Source: Thermoleophilaceae bacterium (GTDB taxonomy: Bacteria; Actinomycetota; Thermoleophilia; Solirubrobacterales; Thermoleophilaceae). From it: a stretch of 64,000 nt of DNA. Below the pieces are notes generated by a model. It saw nothing but the letters and a program-made list of their open reading frames with translations. It searched no databases and was not told where the DNA came from. Position numbers and translations under genes: made by a program. Shown one piece after another: positions 34,729 through 42,816 of this stretch; the stretch's first letter is position 1, and the number at the start of each line of letters is the position of its first letter. The stretch lies in NCBI GenBank assembly GCA_036407035.1, contig DASXAA010000219.1, positions 5,459-69,458 on the forward strand. The letters are read 5' to 3'.

Positions 34729-37491
34729 TCAGACGGCGATCGAATCGCCGGATTCGGCCTGGCCGCGGCGCTCGAGCCGGCTCCAGAAGGCGGGCCAGCG
34801 CCGGAACGAGGCGTCCAGCGCCGCGACGACCCGCGGGCAGAACTGGAGCCCGACCTTGCGGGCGATCTCCGCGCGCGCCTCGGCCAGCGGCCGGGCGGGC
34901 CGGTACGGACGGTCGCTCGTCATCGCGTCGAGCGCGTCGGCCACCGCGAGCACCCGGGCGGCGAGCGGGATGCCCTCGCCGGCGAGCCCGTCCGGATACC
35001 CCTGGCCGTCGAAGCGCTCGTGGTGGTGGCGCACCATCTCCTTGACCATCGGCGGCAGCTCGAGCTCGGCCAGGATGTAGGTGGAGATCTCGGGGTGGCG
35101 CTGGATCACCTCGAGCTCCTCGCCGCTCAGCCGGCCCGGCTTCAGCAGGATGTCGTCGGGTATCCCGACCTTGCCGATGTCGTGGATCACCGCGCCCACG
35201 CCGACCGCCCGCTGCTCCGTCTCGTCGAAGCCCAGCTCGTCGGCAAGCAGCAGCGCCATCTCCGCCACGCGCTCGGTATGGCCGCCGGTGTAGGGGTCCT
35301 TCGCCTCGATCGTGCGGGCCAGCGAGGTGATCGTGGCCAGATAGGACTGGTGGACCTTGCGCAGCAGGTCGTGCTTGTCCTCGAGCAGGCGGGTCAGGCG
35401 CCGGTTGGCCTCGGTCGTCTCCTCGGCTCTCTCTCGCAGCTCGGCCACGTTCGCGCGCGTGCGGTCGAGGTACTGCTTCTGGGCGAGCCACAGCATCGCC
35501 ACCGGCAGGCCGAGCAGCGCGAACGCGAGGTTGCCGACCTCGTCGTAGGCGACCAGCAGCGTCCCGGCGAGCGCCCCGAACGCGAGGTGGTACGGCCAGC
35601 ACCAGGCGAAGCGCTCGCGCCAGGCGTCGAACGGCGAAACGCCCTCGTCGAGCGCCCAGGCGCCCGCGACGAGCATCGCGTTGACCGCGTAGTAGGCGAG
35701 CCCCGCCACCGTCGCCGCCTCGATCAGCGCCGCCGTGCCCGCCCACGGCGAGAGGACGAACACGCCCGCGGCCGCCGCGCCGCTGAGGCCGAGCGAGCCG
35801 AAGTTGAACGACGCCTTGATCAGCGGCTCGCGCCGGGCCAGCCGCACCACGAGCACGAGCGCCTCGGCCGCCACCGGTCCGGCGGGGCCGAAGTTGAACG
35901 CGAGCGCGAGCGAGGGGATGGCGCCCGGTGACACGCGGCCGCGGCCGAACAGGTCGAGATCCACGAAGTCGAGCACGAGCACCGAGACGACGAGGATGGC
36001 CAGCAGCCCGGGCGCGTCGCCCAGGGGCTCGATCCCGGACAGGCCCGCCACGGCGAGCGCGGCCGCGGCGATCGTCGCGGCGTAGGCGGGCAGCAGCCTG
36101 CGCGCGCCTACGACCGGCGCCGGCGCGTCCGGCGCGGGCTGCGACTCGTGGTCCGGCTCCGGCGGCGCCGCGTGCTGCCGCCTTCGCTCGACACCGCCCG
36201 GCCCCGCCCCGATCATCGCGAGCGGGGCAGAGGGGGCGGGCGCCTCGAACGGCTCGTCGCTCAGGTCGAACACGGCGCGCGACTCCGAGGAGACCCCGAC
36301 CCGCACGCGGTTGCGCCCCGCCGCCTTCGCCTCGTACACGGCCAGGTCGGCCGCCTTCAGGAGGTCCTCGGGCGTCTCGCCGTGGTCCGGGAAGACCGCG
36401 ACACCGGCCGACAGCGTCACCGACGCCGGCGCTCCCGCCCGGCGCGTGTCCTCCTCGCGGAAGCGGAGCCCCTCCACCTGCTCGCGCAGCCCCTCGGCGC
36501 AGCGCAGCGCCTCCACGGCGGAGGCGCCCGGCAGCAGGAGGCAGAACTCCTCGCCGCCGAAGCGCGCCGCCACGGCGTCGGGGGCGTCGACCTCGCCGAG
36601 CGCGTCGGCCACCGCGCTTATCACGCGGTCGCCGACCAGGTGGCCGAAGCGGTTGTTGATCTCGCGCAGGTGGTCGAGGTCGACGACGATCACGCCGAGG
36701 CTGCCGCCGCGCCTGGCGGCGTCCGCGAGCGCCTCGTCGAGCCGCTCGCCGAAGTGGACGAAGTTGTAGAGGCCGGTCTTCGGGTCGGTCCGCACCCGGT
36801 GCTCCAGCTGCGGCACGAGCAGCGCGCGGTGGATCAGCGCTATCGGCCCGAGCGCGAGCAGCACCGCGGCCGGGCCCGACTCCCACAGCACCGCGAGGCA
36901 GGCGCCGGTCGCGGCGAGCGCCACGTCCGGCGGCAGCCCGTCGGCGAGCTGGTGGAGGCTCCCGCGCAGCCGTCCGCGGCTCGCGTAGGCGGCCACGAGC
37001 GCGATCAGCACGTGGTTGACGATCGCGTATGCGGCCGCCGCCGCGCCGAGCACGATCACCATGTCCGAGGTCTCGACGGAGCCGAACGCGTCGCCGGCGT
37101 TCACGATCGCGTGCGCGGCGAGGCCGGCGAGCAGGTAGTTGGCGACGTTGAACGCGACCTTGAACCACGGCAGCCGCCGCACCGCCAGGCTCGGCAGGAA
37201 GCAGCACACCGCGAGCAGGGCGGTCGCCCACGGCGGCAGCAGCACCGCGCCCCAGAAGAAGAACGCGAAGTTCGGCTGGAGCGAGTAGTGGCCGGGCGCG
37301 AAGACCTCGAAGAGGTTCGCCCCCGCGCAGAGCGCGCCGGCGCAGAGGAGCAGCGGCACGTCGAGCGTCGCGTCCGCCCAGGCGACGGCCGACGCGGTCG
37401 TCAGCGCCGCGCTGGCGGCGATCGTCGCGAGGATGAACGCCTGGGCTTGCCTCGGGAGAAGGGCAAACCCCTCTTCACGGTCGGAGGCCAT
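34729..37491 (-). CDS. bifunctional c-di-GMP protein: TM domain - GGDEF - second TM domain - HD-GYP
   Basis: ATG 37491, 920 aa. The GGDEF domain is RTDPKTGLYNFVHF...RFGGEEF. The HD-GYP domain is GGHTERVA...HDIGKVGIP...HHERFDGQGYPDGL. Each catalytic domain is preceded by a block of about 6-7 hydrophobic helices. Confidence 0.85.
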   Translation of the reverse strand: MASDREEGFALLPRQAQAFILATIAASAALTTASAVAWADATLDVPLLLCAGALCAGANLFEVFAPGHYSLQPNFAFFFWGAVLLPPWATALLAVCCFLPSLAVRRLPWFKVAFNVANYLLAGLAAHAIVNAGDAFGSVETSDMVIVLGAAAAAYAIVNHVLIALVAAYASRGRLRGSLHQLADGLPPDVALAATGACLAVLWESGPAAVLLALGPIALIHRALLVPQLEHRVRTDPKTGLYNFVHFGERLDEALADAARRGGSLGVIVVDLDHLREINNRFGHLVGDRVISAVADALGEVDAPDAVAARFGGEEFCLLLPGASAVEALRCAEGLREQVEGLRFREEDTRRAGAPASVTLSAGVAVFPDHGETPEDLLKAADLAVYEAKAAGRNRVRVGVSSESRAVFDLSDEPFEAPAPSAPLAMIGAGPGGVERRRQHAAPPEPDHESQPAPDAPAPVVGARRLLPAYAATIAAAALAVAGLSGIEPLGDAPGLLAILVVSVLVLDFVDLDLFGRGRVSPGAIPSLALAFNFGPAGPVAAEALVLVVRLARREPLIKASFNFGSLGLSGAAAAGVFVLSPWAGTAALIEAATVAGLAYYAVNAMLVAGAWALDEGVSPFDAWRERFAWCWPYHLAFGALAGTLLVAYDEVGNLAFALLGLPVAMLWLAQKQYLDRTRANVAELRERAEETTEANRRLTRLLEDKHDLLRKVHQSYLATITSLARTIEAKDPYTGGHTERVAEMALLLADELGFDETEQRAVGVGAVIHDIGKVGIPDDILLKPGRLSGEELEVIQRHPEISTYILAELELPPMVKEMVRHHHERFDGQGYPDGLAGEGIPLAARVLAVADALDAMTSDRPYRPARPLAEARAEIARKVGLQFCPRVVAALDASFRRWPAFWSRLERRGQAESGDSIAV

Positions 37492-37593
37492 AAGGGAGGT
37501 CCTGGCCAGGTAATCGGCCCTTTCCGGGTCGCGCTTGAGACCCAGACGGTTGGCTGTCACTCGCGCCGGGCGGTCTGTAAGGTCAGGGCAGCG

Positions 37594-38436
37594 GTGAGCC
37601 GCGCTATCGATGTCATGCACCTCGGCCGCGACCGTGTCATCTGCGCGTACGAGGTCGGCGGCCTGATCATCGACCCGGGACCGTCGAGTTGTGTCGACGA
37701 GTTGGTCGACGTGCTCGGCCCTGTCGTGCCGCGTGCTCTGCTCCTCACGCACATCCACCTCGACCACGCCGGCGCCACCGGAGTGCTCTGCAGGCGGTTC
37801 CCCGAACTGGTCGTGTACGTGCACGAGATCGGCGCGGACCACCTCGTGGACCCGTCGAAGCTGCTCGAGAGCGTCGGGCGCCTCTACGGCGATCGAATGG
37901 AGGAGATCTGGGGCGAGGTCGTGCCGGTGCCCGAGGAGCGGATCCGCCGCCTGAAGGGCGGCGAGGAGGTGGAGGGCTTCAAGGTCGCCTACACGCCCGG
38001 CCACGCGAGCCACCACGTCTGTTACCTGGACCCGGAGAGGGGAGACGCCTACGTCGGCGACATGGCCGGCGTGAGGCTGCCGCCCTACGAGCACACGATC
38101 GCGCCGACGCCGCCGCCGGACATCGACCTCGAGGCGTGGCTCGACTCGCTCCACACGATCGCCTGCTGGAACCCGAGCAGCCTCTGCATGACGCACTTCG
38201 GGCAGGTCTTCGACGTGGCCGACCAGCTCCACCGCGTGCGCGCCGCGCTGCTCGCGGAGGCGGACTCGGCGCGCCTCGACGGCGAGGAGCGGTTCGTCGC
38301 CGGGATCGAGGACGGGCTGAGGGAGGCGGCGGACGGGGAGACGGTCGAGCGCTACGAGCTGGCGGCCCCGCCGGACCAGCTGTACAAGGGGCTGGAGCGC
38401 TACTGGCGCAAGCGGTCCGAGGCGGCGGTGGCGTGA
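37594..38436 (+). CDS. MBL-fold metallo-hydrolase
   Basis: GTG 37594, 280 aa. HxHxDH motif LLLTHIHLDHAGATG, then later YTPGHASHH and MTHFG. Confidence 0.85.
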   Translation: MSRAIDVMHLGRDRVICAYEVGGLIIDPGPSSCVDELVDVLGPVVPRALLLTHIHLDHAGATGVLCRRFPELVVYVHEIGADHLVDPSKLLESVGRLYGDRMEEIWGEVVPVPEERIRRLKGGEEVEGFKVAYTPGHASHHVCYLDPERGDAYVGDMAGVRLPPYEHTIAPTPPPDIDLEAWLDSLHTIACWNPSSLCMTHFGQVFDVADQLHRVRAALLAEADSARLDGEERFVAGIEDGLREAADGETVERYELAAPPDQLYKGLERYWRKRSEAAVA

Positions 38437-38720
38437 GCTCGACGGTCGAGCTCCCGCGAACGCGCGGGCCGGGCAGCGGCCTGGACGACCAGTGGCGCGT
38501 GATCGTCCTGAACGACGACCACAACACGTTCGAGGGCGTGGCCCGCGCGCTGTCCCGCACGCTGCCGGGGGTGACCTACGACGGCGGGATGGCGATGGCG
38601 AACAAGATCCACAACACGGGCCAGGCCATCGTCTGGACCGGGGCCAAGGAGCCGGCGGAGCTCTACTGGGAGCAGCTGAGCGAGGCGGGCCTGACGATGG
38701 CGCCGCTCGAGCAGGGTTAG
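38433..38720 (+). CDS. clpS: ATP-dependent Clp protease adaptor ClpS
   Basis: GTGA overlap with the MBL gene stop, 95 aa. WRVIVLNDDHNTFEGVARALSRTLPGVTYDGGMAMANKIHNTGQAIVWTG matches the ClpS core. Confidence 0.85.
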   Translation: MSSTVELPRTRGPGSGLDDQWRVIVLNDDHNTFEGVARALSRTLPGVTYDGGMAMANKIHNTGQAIVWTGAKEPAELYWEQLSEAGLTMAPLEQG

Positions 38721-38730
38721 AGCCCGGCGC

Positions 38731-39054
38731 TCAGTCGCTCTCGAGCGATACCAGCGAGCCCTCGCCCACGACCTCCCACATCGCCGGCAGGAGCGGCACC
38801 TGGTAGAGGCCGGACAGCTCGGCGCGCGCCGCCGCGAGCCGCTCCGAGTACCAGTAGCGCTCCCAGTCGGCCTTGGACTCGAAGGTCGCCTCCTGGATGA
38901 AGTCGAGCCGCCCGTCAAGGGCGCGGTAGAAGGCCCACGAGGTCGCGCCGTAGTCGAGCGCGGCCTGGGCCGCGGGCAGCCAGCCCTCCTCGAACCTGTC
39001 GCCGCGGAACGGGTTGGCCGCCCACTTGATGATCACCCGGAACACGTCAGGCAC
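38731..39054 (-). CDS. small hypothetical protein downstream of ccr (possible ferredoxin-like/ABM fold)
   Basis: 107 aa, with its start overlapping the ccr stop by 8 nt. MPDVFRVIIKWAANPFRGDRFEEGWLPAAQAALDYGATSWAFYRALDGRLDFIQEATFESKADWERYW. Trp/Tyr-rich, non-shadow composition. Confidence 0.55.
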   Translation of the reverse strand: MPDVFRVIIKWAANPFRGDRFEEGWLPAAQAALDYGATSWAFYRALDGRLDFIQEATFESKADWERYWYSERLAAARAELSGLYQVPLLPAMWEVVGEGSLVSLESD

Positions 39055-40303
39055 CCACCTCGGCGTAGATCGCGCCGGGGCCCTCGGCGGTCTTGCCGAG
39101 CCCGGTCTCGTCAGCGCCCACGAGTATCGAGATCTTGCCGAGGTGCTGGTTGTCGCGCATCAGCTGGTGCGCCTCGGGCACGCCCTCGAAGCCCATCGTC
39201 CGCCACAGCACCGGCCGGATCTGGCCCGACTCGATCAGCTCGTTCGCCTTCATGCACTCGTAGGCGTTCGCGAAGTGCGAGCCGAGGATCTCCTTCTGGC
39301 GCATCCAGAGGTAGCGCACGTCGAAGTCCAGCTCGTAGCCGGTCGTCCCCGCGCAGATCACGACCTTCCCGAACGGCTTGACGACGAACACCGACGTGGG
39401 GAACGTGGCCTTGCCGACGTGCTCGAAGACGATGTCGGGCGAGTCGCCGAGGATCTCCTTGACGCGCCTGCCGAACTCGCGCGAGACCTTGAAGCGGGCC
39501 TTCTCCTCGTCGGGCGTCTCGCCGCCCCTCCGCATCATGCCCGTGAACTCGCTGCGGTCGATGTAGTCCACCGCTCCGAGCTGCTTGACCAGCTCGCCCT
39601 TCTCCGGCGACGAAACGACCCCGACCGCGTGAGCGCCCGCCAGCGCGCAGAGCTGGGTGGCGAACACGCCGAGCCCGCCGGCGGCGCCCCAGATCAGCAC
39701 GCGCTGGCCGGCCTGGAGGTTGCAGCGGTCGATCAGCATCCGGTACGCGGTGAAGTACACGAGGCCGTAGGAGGCGGCCTCCTCCCAGGTCAGGTTCTGA
39801 GGGCGCGGGAGCAGCTGCTGCGCCTGCACCTTCGTGAACTGCGCGAAGGAGCCCCAGGTGGTCTCGTAGCCCCAGATCATCTGGGACGGGGCGGCGAGCG
39901 GGTCGAGCCCGTGCACCTCCGGGTCCTCGTACGAGGCCATGTTGCAGTGGATGATCACCTCGTCGCCCGGCTTCCAGCGCGTGACGCCCTCGCCGACCTT
40001 CCAGACGACCCCGGACGCGTCCGAGCCGCCGATGTGGTGTCCCCACTCCGGGTGGTCGCCGTAGCGCATCACGGAGACCGGCTCGCCGAGCGCGGCCCAG
40101 ACGTTGTTGTAGTTCACGCCGGCCGCCATCACCCGCACGATGACCTCGAACGCGCCGGGCTCCGGCACCTCGACCTCCTCGAGCCGGAAGGCGTCGCGCG
40201 GCTCGCCGAGGCGCTCCTCGCGGATCACCCAGGCCGCCATCGTCTCCGGCAGCGTGCCGGGCTCCACCCGGAGCTCGGACACCTTGCTCACATCCACAGC
40301 CAT
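39047..40303 (-). CDS. ccr: crotonyl-CoA carboxylase/reductase
   Basis: 418 aa, MDR superfamily. It has Ccr-typical segments: AAGVNYNNVWAALGEPVSV, GSDASGVVWKVGEGVTRWKPGDEV, IWGYETTWGSFAQFTKVQAQQLLP, LIWGAAGGLG and VICAGTTGYELDFDVRYLWMRQK. Confidence 0.85.
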   Translation of the reverse strand: MAVDVSKVSELRVEPGTLPETMAAWVIREERLGEPRDAFRLEEVEVPEPGAFEVIVRVMAAGVNYNNVWAALGEPVSVMRYGDHPEWGHHIGGSDASGVVWKVGEGVTRWKPGDEVIIHCNMASYEDPEVHGLDPLAAPSQMIWGYETTWGSFAQFTKVQAQQLLPRPQNLTWEEAASYGLVYFTAYRMLIDRCNLQAGQRVLIWGAAGGLGVFATQLCALAGAHAVGVVSSPEKGELVKQLGAVDYIDRSEFTGMMRRGGETPDEEKARFKVSREFGRRVKEILGDSPDIVFEHVGKATFPTSVFVVKPFGKVVICAGTTGYELDFDVRYLWMRQKEILGSHFANAYECMKANELIESGQIRPVLWRTMGFEGVPEAHQLMRDNQHLGKISILVGADETGLGKTAEGPGAIYAEVGA

Positions 40304-40355
40304 CGCGTAGTCAGTCCTCCACGGTCTCGCAGGGGGCCGTGGATCCTACTGGCGC

Positions 40356-41942
40356 TCAGGCGGCGTGTGCGACCTCGGGCGTGGCCTCGGCCACCGCGGC
40401 CGCCTCCGGCTGCGCGGCCGTCTTCTTCGGTCCGATCAGGAACAGCGCGATCAGCGCGCCGCTGAACGCCACGCCCGCCGACAGCCACATCCCGCTCGAG
40501 AAGGCGTGGATGAACGCATCCCTGGCGGCGCCGTCCACCTGCTGCGCCACGTGCGGGGCGAGGCCGTGGAGCGACTCGCCGTTCGAGGCCGACCCCAGGT
40601 TGTCCACAAGGTGCTCGCGCTGGGCGGCGCTGACGGGCAGGCCCGCGAGCGTCTCCTTGAAGCGGTCGCTCGCGAGGTGCTGGAACAGCGCCCCGATGGC
40701 CGCGACGCCGAAGGTGCCGCCCATCATCCGGTTCATCGAGAGGATCCCCGACCCGACGCCCGCCTTGGCGGCATCGACGGAGTTCATCGCGGCGGTCGAC
40801 ATCGGCGACATCGTCAGGGCCATGCCGATGCCCATCAGGACGAAGGCGGGGAGCAGCAGCGAATAGCCCGTGTCCACGTCCACGCGCGTCTGGAGCGCCA
40901 TCGCGATCGCGGCGAGCGTGAGGCCGGCGACCATCAGCGGCCGCGGCCCGATCCGGTCGGCGAGCCGGCCGGAGATCGGCGCGATCAGGACGATCATCAG
41001 GGTGCTCGGCAGGAAGCGGATGCCCGCCTGGATCGGCGAGTAGCCGAGGATGTTCTGCATGTAGAGCGCGACGAAGAAGAACATCGCGAGCATCGCGAAC
41101 GAGACGATGAACGCGACCGCGTTCGCGCCCAGGTACGTGCGCGACCTGAAGAACGAGAAGTCCACCATCGGCTCGCGCACGCGCGGCTCGATCACGAAGA
41201 ACGCCACGATCGCGACGGCCGCGACGGCGAACAGCGCGAGGATGCGGGTGGAGTCCCAGCCCCAGGAGTTGCCCTCGACGAGCGCCAGCACGAGCGCGGA
41301 GAGCCCGACGGAAAGGGCGGCGATGCCGGGGACGTCGACCTTGTGGTGTGTCGTCTCGTCGCGCGACTCGAGCGTGGCGAACAGCGTCACGATCACGGCG
41401 CCGATCGCGACCGGCACGTTCAGGAAGAAGATCGCCCGCCAGGAGACGTACTCGGCGAGCGCGCCGCCGACCACGGGCCCGATCGCGAGCGCGAGCGCCG
41501 AGACGCCGGCCCAGGTGCCGATCGCCTTGCCGCGCTCGTGCGCCGGGAAGGTGTTCGTGATGATCGAGAGGCTGCCGGGCATCATGAACGCGGCGCCGAT
41601 GCCCTGCACCGCGCGGCCGCCGACGAGCCAGGCCTGGTCCGGCGCCAGGCCGATGGCGGCGCTCGAGAGGGCGAAGACCACCACGCCGAAGAGGAACATG
41701 CGGCGGCGGCCGAAGATGTCGCCCAGGCGCCCGCCGGTCACGAGCAGCACGGCGAAGGTGAGCGTGTAGGCGTTGACGGTCCACTCGAGGCTCGAGAGCG
41801 ACGCGTCGAGGTCGCGCTGGATGGACGGCAGCGCGACGTTCACCACGGTGTTGTCGAGCATGATCATGAACAGCGCGAAACACATCGCGCCGAGCGTCCA
41901 CCAGCGGCGATTGCCCTCGTTCAGGCGAAGGCGATCTGTCAT
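40356..41942 (-). CDS. MFS transporter, DHA2 (EmrB/QacA, 14-TM) family
   Basis: 528 aa. RRWWTLGAMCFALFMIMLDNTVVNVALPSIQRDL...LLVTGGRLGDIFGRRRMF. About 14 hydrophobic segments. ATGA overlap with the upstream marR stop. Confidence 0.9.
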   Translation of the reverse strand: MTDRLRLNEGNRRWWTLGAMCFALFMIMLDNTVVNVALPSIQRDLDASLSSLEWTVNAYTLTFAVLLVTGGRLGDIFGRRRMFLFGVVVFALSSAAIGLAPDQAWLVGGRAVQGIGAAFMMPGSLSIITNTFPAHERGKAIGTWAGVSALALAIGPVVGGALAEYVSWRAIFFLNVPVAIGAVIVTLFATLESRDETTHHKVDVPGIAALSVGLSALVLALVEGNSWGWDSTRILALFAVAAVAIVAFFVIEPRVREPMVDFSFFRSRTYLGANAVAFIVSFAMLAMFFFVALYMQNILGYSPIQAGIRFLPSTLMIVLIAPISGRLADRIGPRPLMVAGLTLAAIAMALQTRVDVDTGYSLLLPAFVLMGIGMALTMSPMSTAAMNSVDAAKAGVGSGILSMNRMMGGTFGVAAIGALFQHLASDRFKETLAGLPVSAAQREHLVDNLGSASNGESLHGLAPHVAQQVDGAARDAFIHAFSSGMWLSAGVAFSGALIALFLIGPKKTAAQPEAAAVAEATPEVAHAA

Positions 41943-42442
41943 GGGTCCTGTACCTCCTGCGGAATGTGCGCGGCGATCTCGGGTCGCTGCGCGAGCGTTC
42001 GAAGTCCTGGTGCAAGGAGGTCGCGCTCCTCCGGCGACAGCGACTCCACGAACTCGCGGAGCGCGACCGCACGGATCGCGACCATCTCCTCGACTCTGGC
42101 GCGCCCCTCGGGCGTGATGCGGACGAGCTTGCTGCGGCGGTCGTCCGTGTCCTCCTCGCGCGTGACGAAACCGCGCTTGACGAGCCCGTCGACGGCGCGG
42201 CTGACCGCCGGCAGGGAGAGCTGGAGCCGCTCGCCCAGGGTCTTGAGCGAGACGGCCACGTCGTCGTAGAGGTGCTGGAGCGCCTTCACCTGCGTGAACG
42301 ACAGCTCCAGGGAGTCGATCGCCTGGACCATGTCGCGGCCGATGTCGACCAGCAGGTACTTGGTGACCGCCCAGAGATCGGCGAGCAGGGCGTCCTCGAG
42401 GATCGTGCTCGTCGATTGTGTGCGCGCACTAGATGCTTGCAT
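41939..42442 (-). CDS. MarR family transcriptional regulator
   Basis: ATG 42442, 167 aa. Winged helix LSLPAVSRAVDGLVKRGFVTREEDTDDRRSKLVRITPEGR. Confidence 0.85.
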   Translation of the reverse strand: MQASSARTQSTSTILEDALLADLWAVTKYLLVDIGRDMVQAIDSLELSFTQVKALQHLYDDVAVSLKTLGERLQLSLPAVSRAVDGLVKRGFVTREEDTDDRRSKLVRITPEGRARVEEMVAIRAVALREFVESLSPEERDLLAPGLRTLAQRPEIAAHIPQEVQDP

Positions 42443-42467
42443 GCATGCAAGTATTGCACGTGAGCAA
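42436..42467. promoter_or_regulatory. two adjacent TTGC-N6-GCAA boxes (candidate MarR operator)
   Basis: CTTGCATGCATGCAAG (42436-42451) is a perfect 16-bp AT-rich palindrome that covers the marR ATG. It is followed by TTGCACGTGAGCAA (42454-42467). Both lie in the 98-bp divergent region between marR and the MoaD-like gene. Confidence 0.5.
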
Positions 42468-42540
42468 GCGAATGCCAAGGGGTTTGGCGAATGTTGCGCG
42501 CTCGCGCGCGTCCGCGGCACAGGAGTAGCATCGCCCTGCC

Positions 42541-42816
42541 TTGCACGTCCACGTACGCCTCGGCGCCGGGCTCTCCAACCTCGCCGGCAGGGCGCAGCTC
42601 CAGGTCGAGTTGCCCCCCGGCGCGACGGTCGACGACCTGCTCCGGCGCGTGGGCGACGACCATCCCGACATCGCCTCGGGGCTCGGCTCGGCGCTGACCG
42701 TCGTGGGTGGCAGCCAGGCCGGCTCCGACCGGGAGCTGGAGGAGGGGGAGCGCGTGGCGCTGCTCCTCCCGGTCGCGGGAGGCGGACCCTTCGATCACCC
42801 AGGAGGTGGATCCTGA
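42541..42816 (+). CDS. MoaD/ThiS-family ubiquitin-like sulfur-carrier-type protein with 10-residue extension after the di-glycine
   Basis: TTG start, 91 aa. VHVHVRLGAGLSNLAGRAQLQVELPPGATVDDLLRRVGDDHPDI...LEEGERVALLLPVAGG follows the MoaD pattern up to GG. It then continues GPFDHPGGGS before the stop. Confidence 0.7.
   Translation: MHVHVRLGAGLSNLAGRAQLQVELPPGATVDDLLRRVGDDHPDIASGLGSALTVVGGSQAGSDRELEEGERVALLLPVAGGGPFDHPGGGS

Noticed and set aside
37501-37510. Perfect 10-bp palindrome CCTGGCCAGG in the divergent region between the GGDEF/HD-GYP gene and the MBL gene.
   Set aside because: GC-rich 10-bp palindromes are expected many times by chance in 64 kb of this composition, and there is no second site or known consensus.
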